From the NCBI GenBank assembly GCA_976551045.1, contig CDPCPM010000037.1:8060001-8124000 (forward strand): 64,000 nt of DNA. Reading direction: 5' to 3'. Below the pieces are notes generated by a model that saw nothing but the letters and a program-made list of their open reading frames with translations, was not told where the DNA came from and did not search any database. This document shows positions 13,154-26,195 of this stretch, piece by piece. The stretch is from Glaucostegus cemiculus (Eukaryota). The translations under genes were made by a program, and so were the position numbers. The first letter of the stretch is position 1. Each line of letters opens with the position of its first letter.

Positions 13154-13220
13154 ACCAAATAGTGTGTTTGGTGCTACTGATGGGGGATGAACATCAGTAA
13201 CACTAAACACACTATTTGGT
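13154..13220. other. Long near-perfect inverted repeat (29-bp stem, 9-nt loop)
   Basis: accaaatagtgtgtttggtgctactgatg-ggggatgaa-catcagtaacactaaacacactatttggt; 27 of 29 positions are Watson-Crick pairs. Confidence 0.9.
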
Positions 13221-14044
13221 AGAGTATTGTGATATGTGCGTGCCTGCTTTATCTCTTGAAGGAATGTTATTTATGCAAGCCACCTGCAACTCTCTCGGCC
13301 GATCTACTGAGCTATCACTCAGAGCACCTAAGCTTTTGGTCAAGATGTGATATTTCCTTAGGAGGGTCTGTGCCAGATGTTGTGTTACTACTTTGCTATG
13401 ATGTGTTGTAAGAAACTTTATTTTGGTAAAGATGTTATATCAATCATGGTTCTAACTGGCTCATATACAATATCCTAGGAGAGATAAAAATTGAAGTTAT
13501 CTTTAATTGTCTTCTGAGTTGTTCTTAGTTTTCCAAGGTATTTACATCAAGGAGGTCCAATCGGCTCCTCAAGTGCATTGATTCCACAAGAAAACAATAT
13601 GACAAAATCCTTGGAGACTCACGTTCCTGTGGATCTGTTGAGCTGTTGAAGAAACCTGAAACATGAATACTAGATCTCTTTGCTTTTACTTTGAGTAGGG
13701 AGTCACTTAAATCACAACTAGGGAAACTGAAGGACTCAGATACCTACAACAGTGGAAGATGAGTAGAATTCGGGGTGATACAATAATCAGCCATCTGAGA
13801 GATGACAATCTGCTAAGTACTCCATTGTGCACATATGGACCTGAATTCACCGAAAGAATACCACAAGCATTTGATCATTAAATACAGTTAATTATCTGCT
13901 AAAAGTCAAAACTCTTCTATTTTTGCATCTACTGTCATTTCTATTAATTACACTTGGTGAGGCTTTAAACAATAAGGGTCCAAAGACAAATATTGCAAGT
14001 TAAGTCTTATTATTATTTTATATCATTACTAATCTGGTAATCAA

Positions 14045-16698
14045 TAGAAAGAAGGGACAAAGGGTCAGAAGAAGTGGATGGAGCTAAGAATGGCAAGGGT
14101 AAAAGGACAATAATAGCAGTTATATATAGGCCCCCTAACAGCAGCTGGGATATGTACTATAAGTTACAGTTAGAAATAGAAAAAGTGTGTCAGAGAGACA
14201 ATGTCAAGATAATTATGGGGGATTTTAATGTGAAGGTGGATTGCGAAAGCCAGGAAGGCAGTGGATCTCAGGAGAATGAGTTTGTGGAATGTCTACAGGA
14301 TGGCTTTTTGGAGCAACTTGTTGATGAGCCCACCAGGGCATCGGCTGTTTTGGATTGAGTGCTGTGTAATGAACCAAAGGTGATTAGGGAACTAAAGGTA
14401 AAAGAACCATTAGGAACTAGCGATCACAATATGATTGAGTTCAGTTTCAAATTTGAAAAGGAGAAGCTGATAGCAGGTGCATCAATATTTCAGTGGAACA
14501 AAGGAAATTACAGTGGCACATGAGAGGAGCTGGCCCAGATTGATTGGAAAAGTAGCTAGTTGGAGGGATGGCAGAGCAGAACTGGATGGAATTCCTACAA
14601 TAAATAAGGAAAATGCAGGATAGATATATTCTGAGAAAAAAGGTTATGATTGGAAAAATAGCACATATGTGGATAACAAGAGATGTTAAGGCTAAAATAA
14701 AAGCATAAGGGAAGGCATACAAGGAAGCAAAAATTAGTGGGAAAACAGAAGACTGGGAAGCTTTTAATAACTTACAGAAAGAAACTAAGAAGGTCATTAG
14801 GAAAGAAAAGATGAATTATGAAAGGAAATTGGCAGAAAACATTCAAAAGGAGTTTTTTCAAATATATGAAGAGTAAAAGAGAGACACAGGTTGATATAGG
14901 ACCAATTGAAAACGGTGTAAGAGAGATTATAATGGATAACAAAAGAGATAGCAGAGGAAGTAAATGAGTATTTTGGATCAGTCTTCACTGTGGAGGACAT
15001 CAGCAATATACTTGATAGTCAGGGGTCTCGGGATAGAACTGAGTTCAGTCAAGATTACTGGAGAGAAGGTGCTCAGGAAGCTAAATGAGCTAAAGACAGA
15101 TAAGTCTCCCGGACCAGATGAAGTGCACCCTCGGATTCTGAAGGAAGTGGCTTTAGAGATTGCGGAGGCGTTGGTGATCATTTTCCAGGTATCAATAGAC
15201 TCTGGCATGGTTCAGAAGGACTGAAGGGTCGCAAATGTAGTTCTGCTGTATAAGAAAGGTGGGAGGCAGCATAAAGGAAATCACAGACCTATTAGTCTGA
15301 CATTGGTGGTTGGAAAGTTATTGGACTCGATCCTCAAGGATGAGATTATGGAATACCTAGAGCTGCAAGGCAAGATAGGTCCAAGCCAGCATGGTTTCAT
15401 GAAGGGAAGATCCTGCCTGACCAACCTATTGGAGTTTTTTGAGGAAATCTCAGGTAGAGTGGATAAGGGAGAGGCTGTGGATGTTGTGTATTTAGACTTT
15501 CAAAAGGCCTTCGACAAGGTGCCACACAAGAGGCTGATTAATAAGATGAGAGCTCATGAAATTACAGGTAGGATATTAGAAAGGGTGGAGTATTGGCTGG
15601 TAGGCAGAAAACAAAGGGTAGGGATAAAGGGATCCTGTTCCGGTTGGCTACCAGTTACCAGTGGTGTTCTGCAGGGGACAGTATCGGGGCCGCTTCTTTT
15701 TACATTGTACATTAATGATTTGGATGATGGAATAAATGGTTTTGTGGCTAAGTTTGCAGATGACACCAAAATAGGAGTAGGAGTAGGGAGTATTGAAGAA
15801 ACAGGAAGGTTGTAGAGAGACTTAGATAGTTTAGGAGTATGGGCAAAGAAATGGCAGATGAGATTCAATATTGAGAAATGTGCAGTTGGATACTTTGGAA
15901 AAGGAAATAAATGGGCAGATTATTATCTAGATAGGGAGAAAATTCAAAGTACAGAAGTGCAAAGGGACTCAGGGGTCCTCGTGCAGGATACCCTGAAGGT
16001 TAACCAGCAGGTCAGATCAGTGGTAAAAAAAAACGAATGATATGTTGGCATTCATTTCAAGAAGTATAACGTATAAAAGTAAGGAAGTGTTGATGAGGCT
16101 CTGTGGGGCACTGGTGAGGCCTCATTTGGAATACTGTGTGCAGTTTTGGGCCCCTTATCTTAGGAAGGATGTGCTGATGTTGGAGAGGGTTCAGAAAAGA
16201 TTTACGAGGATGATTCCTGGAATGAGAGGGCTTACTTATGAACTTTTGTTGGCAATTGGACTGTACTCACTCGAGTACAGAAGAATGAGAGGGGACCTCA
16301 TAGAAACATTTAGAATGTTGAAAGGAATAGACAGAGTAGATGTGGCTAAACTGTTTCCCTTGTTGGGTGAGTCCAGGACTAGGAGGTACAGTCTTAGAAT
16401 TAGAGGGTACCGGTTTAAAACAGAAATGAGAAGAAATTTCTTTAGCCAGTGGGTTGTAGAGTTATGGAATTCTGTGCCACATACAGCTGTGGAGGCCTAA
16501 TCATTTGGAGTGTTTAAGGACGAGATTGATAGGTATCTAATTCATCAATGTATCAAGGGATATAGGGATAAGGCTAGATAGGAATTGTTTTCCTATCCTA
16601 AATTGGGGCTAGATAGGAATAGTTTTAGTTTAGCTCATGGAGCAGATTCGATGGGCCAAATGGCTTACTTTTGCTCCTTTGTCTTGTGATCTTGTGAT
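14045..16698 (+). mobile_element. 5'-truncated CR1 LINE (part of the APE endonuclease, RT and 3' UTR), inactivated by stops and frameshifts
   Basis: APE motifs VIYRPPNS, IIMGDFN, SDH; RT motifs KSPGPDEVHPRILKE, QHGFMKGRSCLTNLLEFFE, YLDFQKAFDKVPH, GVLQGTVSGPLLF, FADDTK; C-terminal VRPHLEYCVQFWAPY; tail (tcttgtga)n. Confidence 0.95.
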
Positions 16699-17884
16699 TA
16701 TTTAGTTTACAAAAATGCATCGACCCCTCCTGCAGGTAACTTGCAGCCTTCTGATTTTGTGTGCCTTATGATGGAAAGGCATTGCTTTGTTTTATTATGT
16801 TATGAAAACTTTTCCTGACTTCCTGCACATCTTAGTGGATAGGGATAAGGACTGACTGTTGACATTGTCATTATTGGCTTTGTGATATGACCTGATTCCT
16901 TGCATTCAACATTACTATCTCCCTTAATGATTTATCCTTAAAAGATTTGGCATTTTTCAACTTAGTTGACAACTAATATTTAGTGAATGATTCTTAACTT
17001 TCGTAAAGAAATTTGTGATTAGTACATTGGATTCAAAACTATTTTGTTTCTTAAAAAGCATAAAAGGCTCTTTTCCTGCTTCAGATGTTAATCACAATGG
17101 GATTATAGTTAAGTTGATAATCATGGCCCTGTTCTGATTAATTTACTAAATATAGAAAGTACAATAGATGTTGGTTGTTTCATGATGGAAATAACAATCC
17201 TACCATATAGTGGCAACGTGTTTATCCTGCACAAACAATTATTCCATTAAAGACTCTTAGCAATCAACACCTGGAAAATTGCTGGCTTTATTTTTCCCCA
17301 ATGTAAGTTATTCTATCTTTCAACTTTCTGCAAATAACAATAACTCGGGGTGGAGACTGGATAACTTATCCACCTATATGCTAGGTTTGATTATGGATCA
17401 CTTACTGAGTTTTCCTTTATCTTGTTTCTGAAAAGGAGAGCATTGGTTATGAAACCTCTCTTACTCCATTCGAGAATTAGCTAAGGCAGGGCTTGCTAAT
17501 GATTAAGTTGAAACATTCATTATATCTCATATTTCTGTCTAACAAATGAAGGGCATTTTGATCCATCAAATCCATGTCGCTTTCAAAGCAATCCCATCAA
17601 CTCCATTCCCACACTTATTTCACTGTAAACTATTCTCTTGCACATGCCCATCAACTCCCCTCTGATCTTTCTACTACCCACCTGCACTAGCAGTGATTTA
17701 GAGTAGCTATTTAAACTGCCAATCATCGTATCTTCAGGATGTGGGGGCAGGGGTATAAAATCCATTTCAAAGCATAATTGTTATCACAATGAATTAAATA
17801 AAACAATGTACGTGACCTGAAACTTGATGATCCATCTCTGATCCAGTACTGTATGTTGAAGGGAATGGAGTCACTGAGCCTGGT

Positions 17885-18037
17885 GCAAGCTCAGCATTCA
17901 GATTTCCCGGTGTAACTGGGATTGCGGGGAGAATAAAATGGGATTAGTGTAGGTTTAGTGTAAAAGGATGCTTGATAGTCTCTGTAGACTTGATGGGCCA
18001 AAGGGCCTATTTCCATGCCATGTGATTCTATGTGACT
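17885..18037 (+). mobile_element. SINE/CR1-derived 3' tail fragment
   Basis: gagaataaaatgggattagtgtagg...gatgggccaaagggcctatttccatgccatgtgattctatgtgactat. Confidence 0.55.
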
Positions 18038-18758
18038 ATTGTGAAACTGCAGGATGTTGATTCTGTCAGTGGACTCCGTTAGCAATCCAATGTTAGACTG
18101 CAATCAGAATAAAAGCTACTGGGACGCACAGTAAACTTGAGACTTCCCTGATCCCATATGTGGCTCTTAGAAATAGTATGGATTGGCAATTTGGCCATGT
18201 CCTCAATAAAGTTGTGCAGCACATGTTTAATATTGCACCAGGTGGTGCAATTTACTCCCCTGGCAACTGGAGGAACTAAATGGATAACAATGCAATATTT
18301 TTTCAATGAATGTGAAAATAGCATCACAGAGACCCCCTGTGCTGAGAGCCCACACTAGTTTTAGGCACCAACGTCAAAAGTGTGGCAGAATAGGCCTTAC
18401 ATGTCAACATGCACCCAAAGCTCCTCCCTACATGATATTCCACCATTGTGGAGAGTGGAGTCATGGAGGAAGTGCACAGGTCAACAAATTTAGACAAAGA
18501 AGATGACAGGTGGGGAAGGCCAGGTCAGGGAGGTTGACAGACGATGATGGTGGAGAGTTTAGGGAGATGGGTTGGGTGGTAGTTGAAGAGTTGAGTGGAG
18601 AATTAACGGCTGGGATGGATCTGAGGAAATGATTGGAATTCAGCCCTGTGGAGAAAAGGAATTGATCTGGGAGATGATCAGAGGTAAGAAGATAATTAGA
18701 CATGGAGTGCCAGGGAATAATTTGGAGAGGGACTTGAGGAGAAGTCTGAGTGCCCATA

Positions 18759-18915
18759 TTGTTTTTAACCTGTACTACATCAATGCACTCTGTACTAACT
18801 CAATGTAACTGCACTGTGTAATGAATTGACCTGTACGATAGGTATGCAAGACAAGTTTTTCACTGTACCTCGGTATAAGTGACAATAATAAACCAATACC
18901 TTTACCAATGCCAAT
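18759..18915 (+). mobile_element. Rex1/Babar-type 3' UTR fragment
   Basis: Reverse complement of the 5625-5775 segment; ends gtgacaataataaaccaatacc. Confidence 0.75.
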
Positions 18916-19871
18916 ATCAATCAGCAGAGAAGGGGTGGACTGGGCTGGTGGAGATGATCATCAAGGATGAAAACTTAACGAAAAAATCTACCTTGAGGAA
19001 AGAGTATATCATGCACCTCTAAGTGGTGGTCTGGATGGTGTTAAATGGCTGGAAGTTACAATATTAAATGTTTAAAAAATATTGTTAAAACAGCATTGTG
19101 AATCAAGCACATTCTGTTTGTGAAAGTTGCATTAAGATCTAGATCTTCAATTGCAAGATTCAAGGAACAGCATTGTTAGGGTTCACTAGGTAATGCCAAG
19201 CTGAAAGTGAAATTTTCAGTTTCAGCATGCATTCCTTATTGAAGTCCCACAGGTTCAATCTCTACAGTCAATTCTTAAAGGGAAATGCCACAAAGCATGC
19301 AACACTTTTCTAACTACTTGTGAGTGTTGTTGATGAACGAGTGGATGAACAAGTGGATAGCAGGGGTTGGGAGTGCACTCCTGTGCAGTCAGAGGGATTT
19401 TGAAAGGCTGCTGAAGGACAAGGCCCTTAGGGGGCATGATCTTTGTACAAGAGGGTCAGGAACCCTCCAGCCAAACATCTCTGGCAGGACATTGCTAAGG
19501 ATGTCTCTGTAAGGACATGAGTGCAGTATCTGAATCCTGGCTCTTTGGGGAAACCATTCATGCAGGAAAATGACAGTGTCCACTTTCCTGTTTCTGGGAA
19601 CTGAAAGAAGAAAATGATGAAGTCTTCCCTATATCGTGGAGGTTGAGTGACTCTACTCTCTCCACCCCCAATGAAGCAGTGCCTAGCCAACTATGAGATG
19701 TGACACAGATTGGCAGCAGGTGGGTGGAATGACCCCGAGGCTCAGTGTGGACAAAACGTGCACTCGATGGAACTTTGAATCATGCAGATTTCAGGGGAAA
19801 TGCCTTTAGTAAAACCTAGTTGTTCTGTGAATAAATAAAAATGTTTGCTTTTCAGAATAGTGAGAGTGAGA

Positions 19872-20150
19872 TAAAAACAGAAAACTCTAGAAGTACTCTT
19901 CAACCTGAAATGTAAACTCAAGAGACGCAAGAGACTGCAGATGCTGGAATCTGAAGCAACAAACAATCTGCTGGAGGAACTCGGCAGGTCGAGCAGCATC
20001 TGTGGGAGGAAAGAAGTTGCTAACATTTTGGGTCAAAACCCTGCATCAGGATTGTAAACTCTGTTTCTCTTGCCACAGGTGCTGCCTGACCTGCCGAGGA
20101 TTTCTAGCCTTTTCTACTTTTATTTTAGATTTCCAGCAACTGCTGTGTTT
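19872..20150. mobile_element. Nested Penelope-like derivatives: a younger copy (19920-20052) inside an older copy
   Basis: Younger copy gagacgcaagagactgcagatgctggaatc...ggtcaaaaccctgcatcagga is flanked by the 9-bp TSD TGTAAACTC (19911-19919, 20053-20061); removing it restores caacctgaaatgtaaactctgtttctc...gctgcctgacctg. Confidence 0.75.
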
Positions 20151-23100
20151 TATTTTGGTTTTCACTTAGTGAGATTAAGAACCTTGCTGTAGATAAATTT
20201 GGCAAGTGGCAGTACTGCTGATGTCATTTGACAGATTTTTAAGGCCAAACAAAACTCCTTCCTACACATTAGGTTCGAATTTCCTGATGGTCACCAAGAC
20301 AGCTAGAATCGTATGTTAAGTTCCTTTGCTCTCAGAAACCAATCTTTTATAGATTTGTGCAAACAAATTTTCAGGCTAACATTTTCAATTAATACAGGAG
20401 CAGATCTCAACCATCTGGTTAAGACTTGCTCCAATGCTCATGAGTAATGCTGCTTGCAGGCCTCTTATGAGCATTAGAACTTCATTTGGTTGAAGTCAAT
20501 TGAATGTTATGTGCTGATTGATGTTCCTGTCTGTGCATTGCCCAGGGACCTCTGTGCACATGCCTATCGTATAGCTGGAGGATGTGGATAAAGTATCCCA
20601 AACCCAATCAAGTATCATGTAAAATTCACTCACATAGCACAAAGAAACTTGGTGGTATGAAATCAGATTTCTTATTGATATATGTAGGATAGCCAAACAA
20701 AATACCTGGAGATTAACATAATAGAATCATTTTTGGATCCTGATGGATTATGATGCATAAATTTACTGAGGAGTTTTTTTTATACTTCAATAATGACCAC
20801 ACTTCAAATATGCTTAATTGTTTCAAAGCTTCTTCAGTTTGTGAAAGGTGCTATATAATTGCAAAACTAAGTTTTTTTTGCAGATAGTGCAGTATAGAAG
20901 GCATCCCAGGAGTGCATGGGAACAGTCAGTGCTGGCTTAATCAAACTCAGGAGTGAGAGCTTCAGTGGTACAGAGTCTGTACCATCTTCCAGTATGATTC
21001 ACTGATCTTAAGACAGGGACAAAAGGGATTTGTATGAAAATACATTTTATGTTACCTCTAGACTACATTCCCCTCTAATGGTACAGTACTTAGATAATTC
21101 TTCATTTCCAGGTAATTCCTAGTTTGCTGAATTTCTTGCAAGTCTTGGTCACAATGGAAATTTATTTTTCCCCAGTGTCAATGCACTTGAAGAATGGGCT
21201 GTGTCAGTACGACGAAATGAATTGATCACTTTGAACAGAGAGAGGGATGTGAGTTCAAATTATGCAAGTCAGAGGCAGGGTGAAGAAATGTTGGGGGTGG
21301 GAGTGAGAGAAAAATCAATGTACTTTTATCTGAGATTATTTTGTTAAAATTGTTTTATATTCTAGTCAAAAATAATCCTAACAGCAGGAAAGGATGTTCT
21401 ATAAAGTGATTTATGACCTTCAAAATGAATAACCCAGCAAAAGGGCCATATCACCAGAAACACTGCACTCGAATGCAGCATTCCAAGCACTACATTAAAT
21501 GCATGGCTGAATTCTCATGAGGTTACATTATACAGAAAATGGTGGAAAACAATGAAAGACTGAGTGAAAGGCAAAACATTTGAATACATCTGCTTCGATC
21601 TTTTCTTCCTTTGTCATTCTGTCACTGTCACACCAACCTAGACTTGTAGAGTTGTATAAAAAATTGCATAAGGGCTTTAAAAATAAATTAAGAGTATGAA
21701 GAATACATACCGATTGCATAACTTGGAACAGAATGAAAGAAGAGTTCTGAATAGAAACAAATGTCTGATTAAAATACCAATTGTAGTAGTTGCTAAATGG
21801 ACAGTTTGAGGGAAAACATTAAATTTATAGAACATAAGTAAATCACAAGATTAGGCAAATAAATATAGTCAAAAGTGAAAATAACTTCCTGAACTTAAAA
21901 CACATTTCTTGAAACATAATCACGTGGAAAATTATTTTCTATTTGTGTTATGCTGACAGAGAGAGTTAGCCCCAGTTTTTATTAGTCCACTGACTTTTAA
22001 AAATGTACAGGACCATATTTAAGACTAAAGTATTCGCCCTGATATGTATTAATGTATACCTTTGTATTTAGATTGCTTTTTATAGAGATTTTTGTAGACT
22101 TTTTTTCCCAAATTCATTAAAAAATATTAAAAAAGCACAATTGTGCCCGTAGCTAAGCAGCCTCACTTACAACCTTAATTTATTTTAATTATGACTCTAC
22201 ATCAGCACAGCTGCTAAACAGGCATAAGTCACACAAATCTCCAGTTTCCACGTAATCAGCTTCTCATTCAACCCACATGTTCCGGCCTATCTTGAATATC
22301 TAGCGATGCAAGTACACCCATCCCCCCACTGGCACACCGAGTACAAGCCATCAGGGGGTGACTTCATTGTTCCTCAAATAATGCAGAACTTCTTCAATAG
22401 CGCATTTAAGTACTTAAATACAGAGACCTTTATAACTTCTATAAAGTATTCTGCTTCCACAAAACAAGCTTTAACCTTAAAAGAAATCAAGAATGCGTGT
22501 TTAGGAAATTTATCATCACCTTTCAACTAATTGCGAACGAATCAGTTTTTTTACTGGAAATGATCAGGAGGTTGGTCTTTTTAATTTGCACCATTTCATG
22601 TGGTGAAGTGTTAGAATTCTGCACATGTTTCAATGCCACTATTGTAAGCAAGAAATAATGCAGTAGTGTATTAGATATCAACAGGACCAGTGAGTTTCAC
22701 TGCAATTGCTTCTTGAACTTTTGTATCTATGAATACACAGGCAATTTCCCTTCTTCTTAAAAGTAGTGATGGTGCAAAAATGAAGGTGGTGGGCCCCAAA
22801 TGATTGATCACCACAAACAAACTGCAGGAGGGAGGAAATTATTCCAGAGTTACTGTAACAGAAACATCTAGCAGCTGATTGCAAATGTAAAATAAGCATC
22901 AGTAAGCAAAATGTCAGAGAGTGTTATTACATATTCCTCTGCAGAAATGTACTTTTTAAAGTACTTAGTTAATTAACACCTAATCTTTCCTCTCTTTCCA
23001 TTAAACAATGAGGCATCCCGCATTACCAGGCATGCTCATTTATTGCTCAAGTTAAGTAATTAAGAACGTCAGACATGTAAAAACGTAATTTGCAAACTAA

Positions 23101-23229
23101 ATCTTCATAAAACTTCAAAGGACCAATCAAACAAAGAACTGTTAGATTGACAACAGATGTTCAACCAAAAATGTCATTCTTTGCACTTCCTGAACAGTCA
23201 GTAATTTTTCTATTTTGATTTCAACATCC

Positions 23230-23357
23230 ATGCACATATACAGAAACAAAACACACACAAGTATAGACACAAACATACACAATTATATATAAAATTTATG
23301 TATATAAATGCATGTGTGTATATGTGTGTGTGCATGTCTGTGTGTGTGCACGTGTGC
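23230..23357. repeat. Compound imperfect (CA)n/(TA)n/(TG)n microsatellite
   Basis: acacacacaagtatagacac...tatatataaa...tgtgtgtatatgtgtgtgtgcatgtctgtgtgtgtgc. Confidence 0.7.
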
Positions 23358-23906
23358 AAAATAGTTCTCCACTGCCTTCGCTGGTTTATCTAGTCAGTTG
23401 ACGACTAAGCAAGAAGGAAGAAAGTTCTATAAATTCTATCCCCTAACTGTGCTAAAAGTGTCAGGTTGCTGAGTAGAGGCTCTGCTACTGATTTCAGTCT
23501 CTTTCAGTTGGAGAAGGGAAATCAGTCAGGGTGATCAACAATCCAACATCCGGAGAATTCTGCTGGATTTGCAAATTTATGAACATCAGTAATGGGATTA
23601 GGTTTGGTTGTGATGATTTCCACATCTGAATAGTCCATCAACACTTATTGTCAAGACTCAGACATGAATAATGGATACTTGGAACAGGCATGGATTTGGG
23701 GCAGGGAGGAGGAGGGTGCTGTCTGGCACCTGTAGAACCACATTCCATTAAGAAAGACAATGTGTTTCAATGAAAAAGGAAGAGAAAGAAAAGTAGCAAG
23801 CAGAGGGTAGAAGTACATTAATACACAGATTAACTTTATTACTTGATCACTAGAGCAAAACACACATAAATTCAAATGGATCTATTTCACTGCAGTTGTG
23901 TATTAG

Positions 23907-24398
23907 TGTGTCAGCTGTGGCTCATGCTTAATTGATGACATTCTTGCCTTTGAATTGGAAGGTTCAGAGTTCAAATCACAATTCAGAGATCTGAGAATGA
24001 AAACATTGGCAGATATTCTGGTGCAGTAGGAAGGGGAAGTTGCACTGTCTGATGCATCTTTCAGGTGAAATGGTAATTGAGGACCTATGTGTTCTCTCAG
24101 GTTGAAGTAAATGGTCCTGTGATAGTATCTGACAAAGAGCGGGGGAGTTGTCCTCCAGAGTTCTGGCTAATGTTTATCCCCCAATAAGGGTCAATTTCAA
24201 TATGTTTTAAAGAGGCACTTTAAAAAGGTCTTGCAATGGCTGGGCAAGTCTGTGCACATTGAAATTCTGAGATCTTGCAAAGTGCAAATGCTGTTACATT
24301 TCATTCATTGCAACATGACGACATTTCAAAAGTGTTTTATTGGCTGTAAAACCATTAGGGGGAGCTGAAAGGGACTTGAAAGGTGCTACACAAATGCT
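23907..24398 (+). mobile_element. Full-length old DeuSINE (SacSINE1-like)
   Basis: tRNA-like head gtgtcagctgtggctca...gagttcaaatc; Deu-like core ctctcaggttgaagtaaa...gggggagttgtcctccagagttctggctaatgtttatccc; tail attggctgtaaa...gaaaggtgctacacaaatgc. Confidence 0.7.
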
Positions 24399-24745
24399 TT
24401 GGTATGTAGCAGGTCTTTATCATCAAAGTTAACTAATTTTTGGATTTACCCTTGTATCCTTTTTTTATCAAAGCTGTAACATTTGCAAATCTCTAATCTT
24501 TTTGAGAGATTATGACCAGTACCTTTGCAATTCTACCATTCTTGCCTCAGCAGCTTGGGTTGCAACCAAATCAGGCTACGTGTGTGTCTCAAATATAGCA
24601 GGTCCTTCTCGAGCATCTGCTTAACCGACGAACTATTAAGCACCTTGTTATCAATTTTTTAGCCTAACCTGTGTTTAAGAACTGAAATTTCTTTTTATCT
24701 ACCTGCCTCTTTAAACTCTCCTTAATACAATTTATATTTTGCAGC

Positions 24746-24823
24746 AACAAATAATCTGCTGGAGGAACTCAGTAGGTCATGAAGCATCTGTGGGAATTGT
24801 CGACATTTCAGGATCAAAACCTG
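24746..24823. mobile_element. Truncated Penelope-like derivative
   Basis: aatctgctggaggaactcagtaggtc...gtcgacatttcagg; 11-bp TSD TATTTTGCAGC (24735-24745, 24824-24834). Confidence 0.7.
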
Positions 24824-25074
24824 TATTTTGCAGCTTTTATTTCACTTTATGTGTATCAATTAAATCTAATTTCCTGCTTTACACTTCCTTGTTTGGACTC
24901 TGATGTCAGGGAAGATTCTTCAATTAGATTGGTTGAAGAGATTTGCTATTCTCGCTGCAGATGCCCTCAAGAGGACATCAAATGCCAGATATCAGCAAAT
25001 TTGTGCTCTCTCGCTTGCCAAAACCTTGTAGGCAGCTGTCAGCAAGGTAATTTATTTACTTAACTACCTATTTA

Positions 25075-25445
25075 TTTATCTTTCAGAATCTGGGTGTCAG
25101 TGGCAAGCCAGCATTTATTGCCCATCCCTAATTGCCCTTGAGAAGGCGGTAGGGAGCTATATACAGATGAGTGGTTTGTTAGGTCTCTTAAGAGTGCACT
25201 TCTGAGTCAATCACATATAGACCAGTCTGGGTAAGGGTGGTAGATTTCCTCCTGTGAAGGACATTAGTAAACCAGATGAGCTTTTACAACAATCCCATTG
25301 TTTTTGTGGCCCATCATTATTAAGACCAGTTGTTAACTGAATTGAAATTCTACAGCTGTCGTGGTGGGTTTTCAGCTTGGATCACTGGATTATTAGTCCA
25401 GACATCTAAATACCAGTCCAGTAATTTAACCATTGTGTTACCACT
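25075..25445 (-). mobile_element. LINE-derived dispersed repeat (CR1/L2-group 3' end)
   Basis: ggcaagccagcatttattgcccatccctaattgcccttgagaagg; the same tail occurs in the opposite orientation at 52060-52162. Confidence 0.55.
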
Positions 25446-25549
25446 ATACTCAGGAATGCAGATTCCTGTTCCTTTGCCACTTACCTCAAGATCTAGTTCA
25501 AGAAATATATTGATGGTTAATGGATAAATGCTGGAAAACTCCTCCACTG

Positions 25550-25738
25550 TTGTTAAAGATCACCTACTGGATCTTTTATATCCACTCTAGAAGGCAGACA
25601 GGGCCTCAGCTTAATAAGGCATCTAAGGGACTATCCAACAGCACAGCTCTCATTCAAATCATGAGTTTAGAGTTATGGAGTGGGGTTTGAAACCATGACC
25701 TTCTGATATCCAGTACTATAACTGAGCTAAGGCTGACC
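25550..25738 (-). mobile_element. DeuSINE/SacSINE1-like 5' part
   Basis: ggatcttttatatccac...gcagacagggcctc...ggagtggggtttgaaaccatgaccttctga...actgagctaaggctgac. Confidence 0.6.
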
Positions 25739-25741
25739 TTA

Positions 25742-25989
25742 TTTTTTTTTAAATTTTATTTACAGCATGGTAACAGGCCCTTTTGGACCAACGAGTCCGA
25801 GCCGCCCATTTTAAACCCCCAAATTAACCTACCCGTACGTCTTTTAGAGTGTGGGAGGAAACCGGAGCACCTGGAGGAAACCTACGCAGACACGGGAGAA
25901 CGTACAAACTCCTTACAGTCAGCGCTGGGAATCGAACCCCAATCGGTGGCACTGTAACAGTGTCACGCTAACCGCTATGCTATCGTGAC
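25742..25989 (-). mobile_element. tRNA-derived V-SINE, CR1-tail/poly(A) subfamily
   Basis: Reverse complement closely matches 39012-39264; poly(T) at 25742; V-domain ggaggaaaccggagcacc. Confidence 0.9.
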
Positions 25990-26004
25990 GAATATCAGGA
26001 TGAA

Positions 26005-26195
26005 ATTAAAGCAGGAGATGCTGGAAACACTAAGCAGCATCTGTAGAAAAAGAAACTGTCAAGGCTGTCAAGGTTTCAGGTCTGGGACTCTTCATCAGAA
26101 CTGGGTAAGAGAGAGAACAAGCTAATCTTAGGTATTTTCATTTTACGCTTTCCCATTTTGTTTTAATTTCAGATTTCCAGAATCTGCAGTTTTTA
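26005..26195. mobile_element. Penelope-like derivative with hammerhead core on the minus strand (26065-26103)
   Basis: atgctggaaacactaagcagcatctgtag...; minus strand cagtt-CTGATGA-agagtcccagacct-GAAA-cctt-gacag; inverted end ttcagatttccagaatctgcag. Confidence 0.65.

Noticed and set aside
15303-16500. Functional reverse transcriptase gene
   Set aside because: The CR1 is 5'-truncated with several in-frame stops and frameshifts, so it is a dead copy.
16570-16630. Local direct and inverted duplication (ggctagataggaat twice)
   Set aside because: A small rearrangement within the CR1 3' UTR with no sign of independent function.
24961-25046. Possible exon (ctcgctgcAG...caagGTAATT)
   Set aside because: Short, with no recognisable peptide or partner exons; expected by chance.
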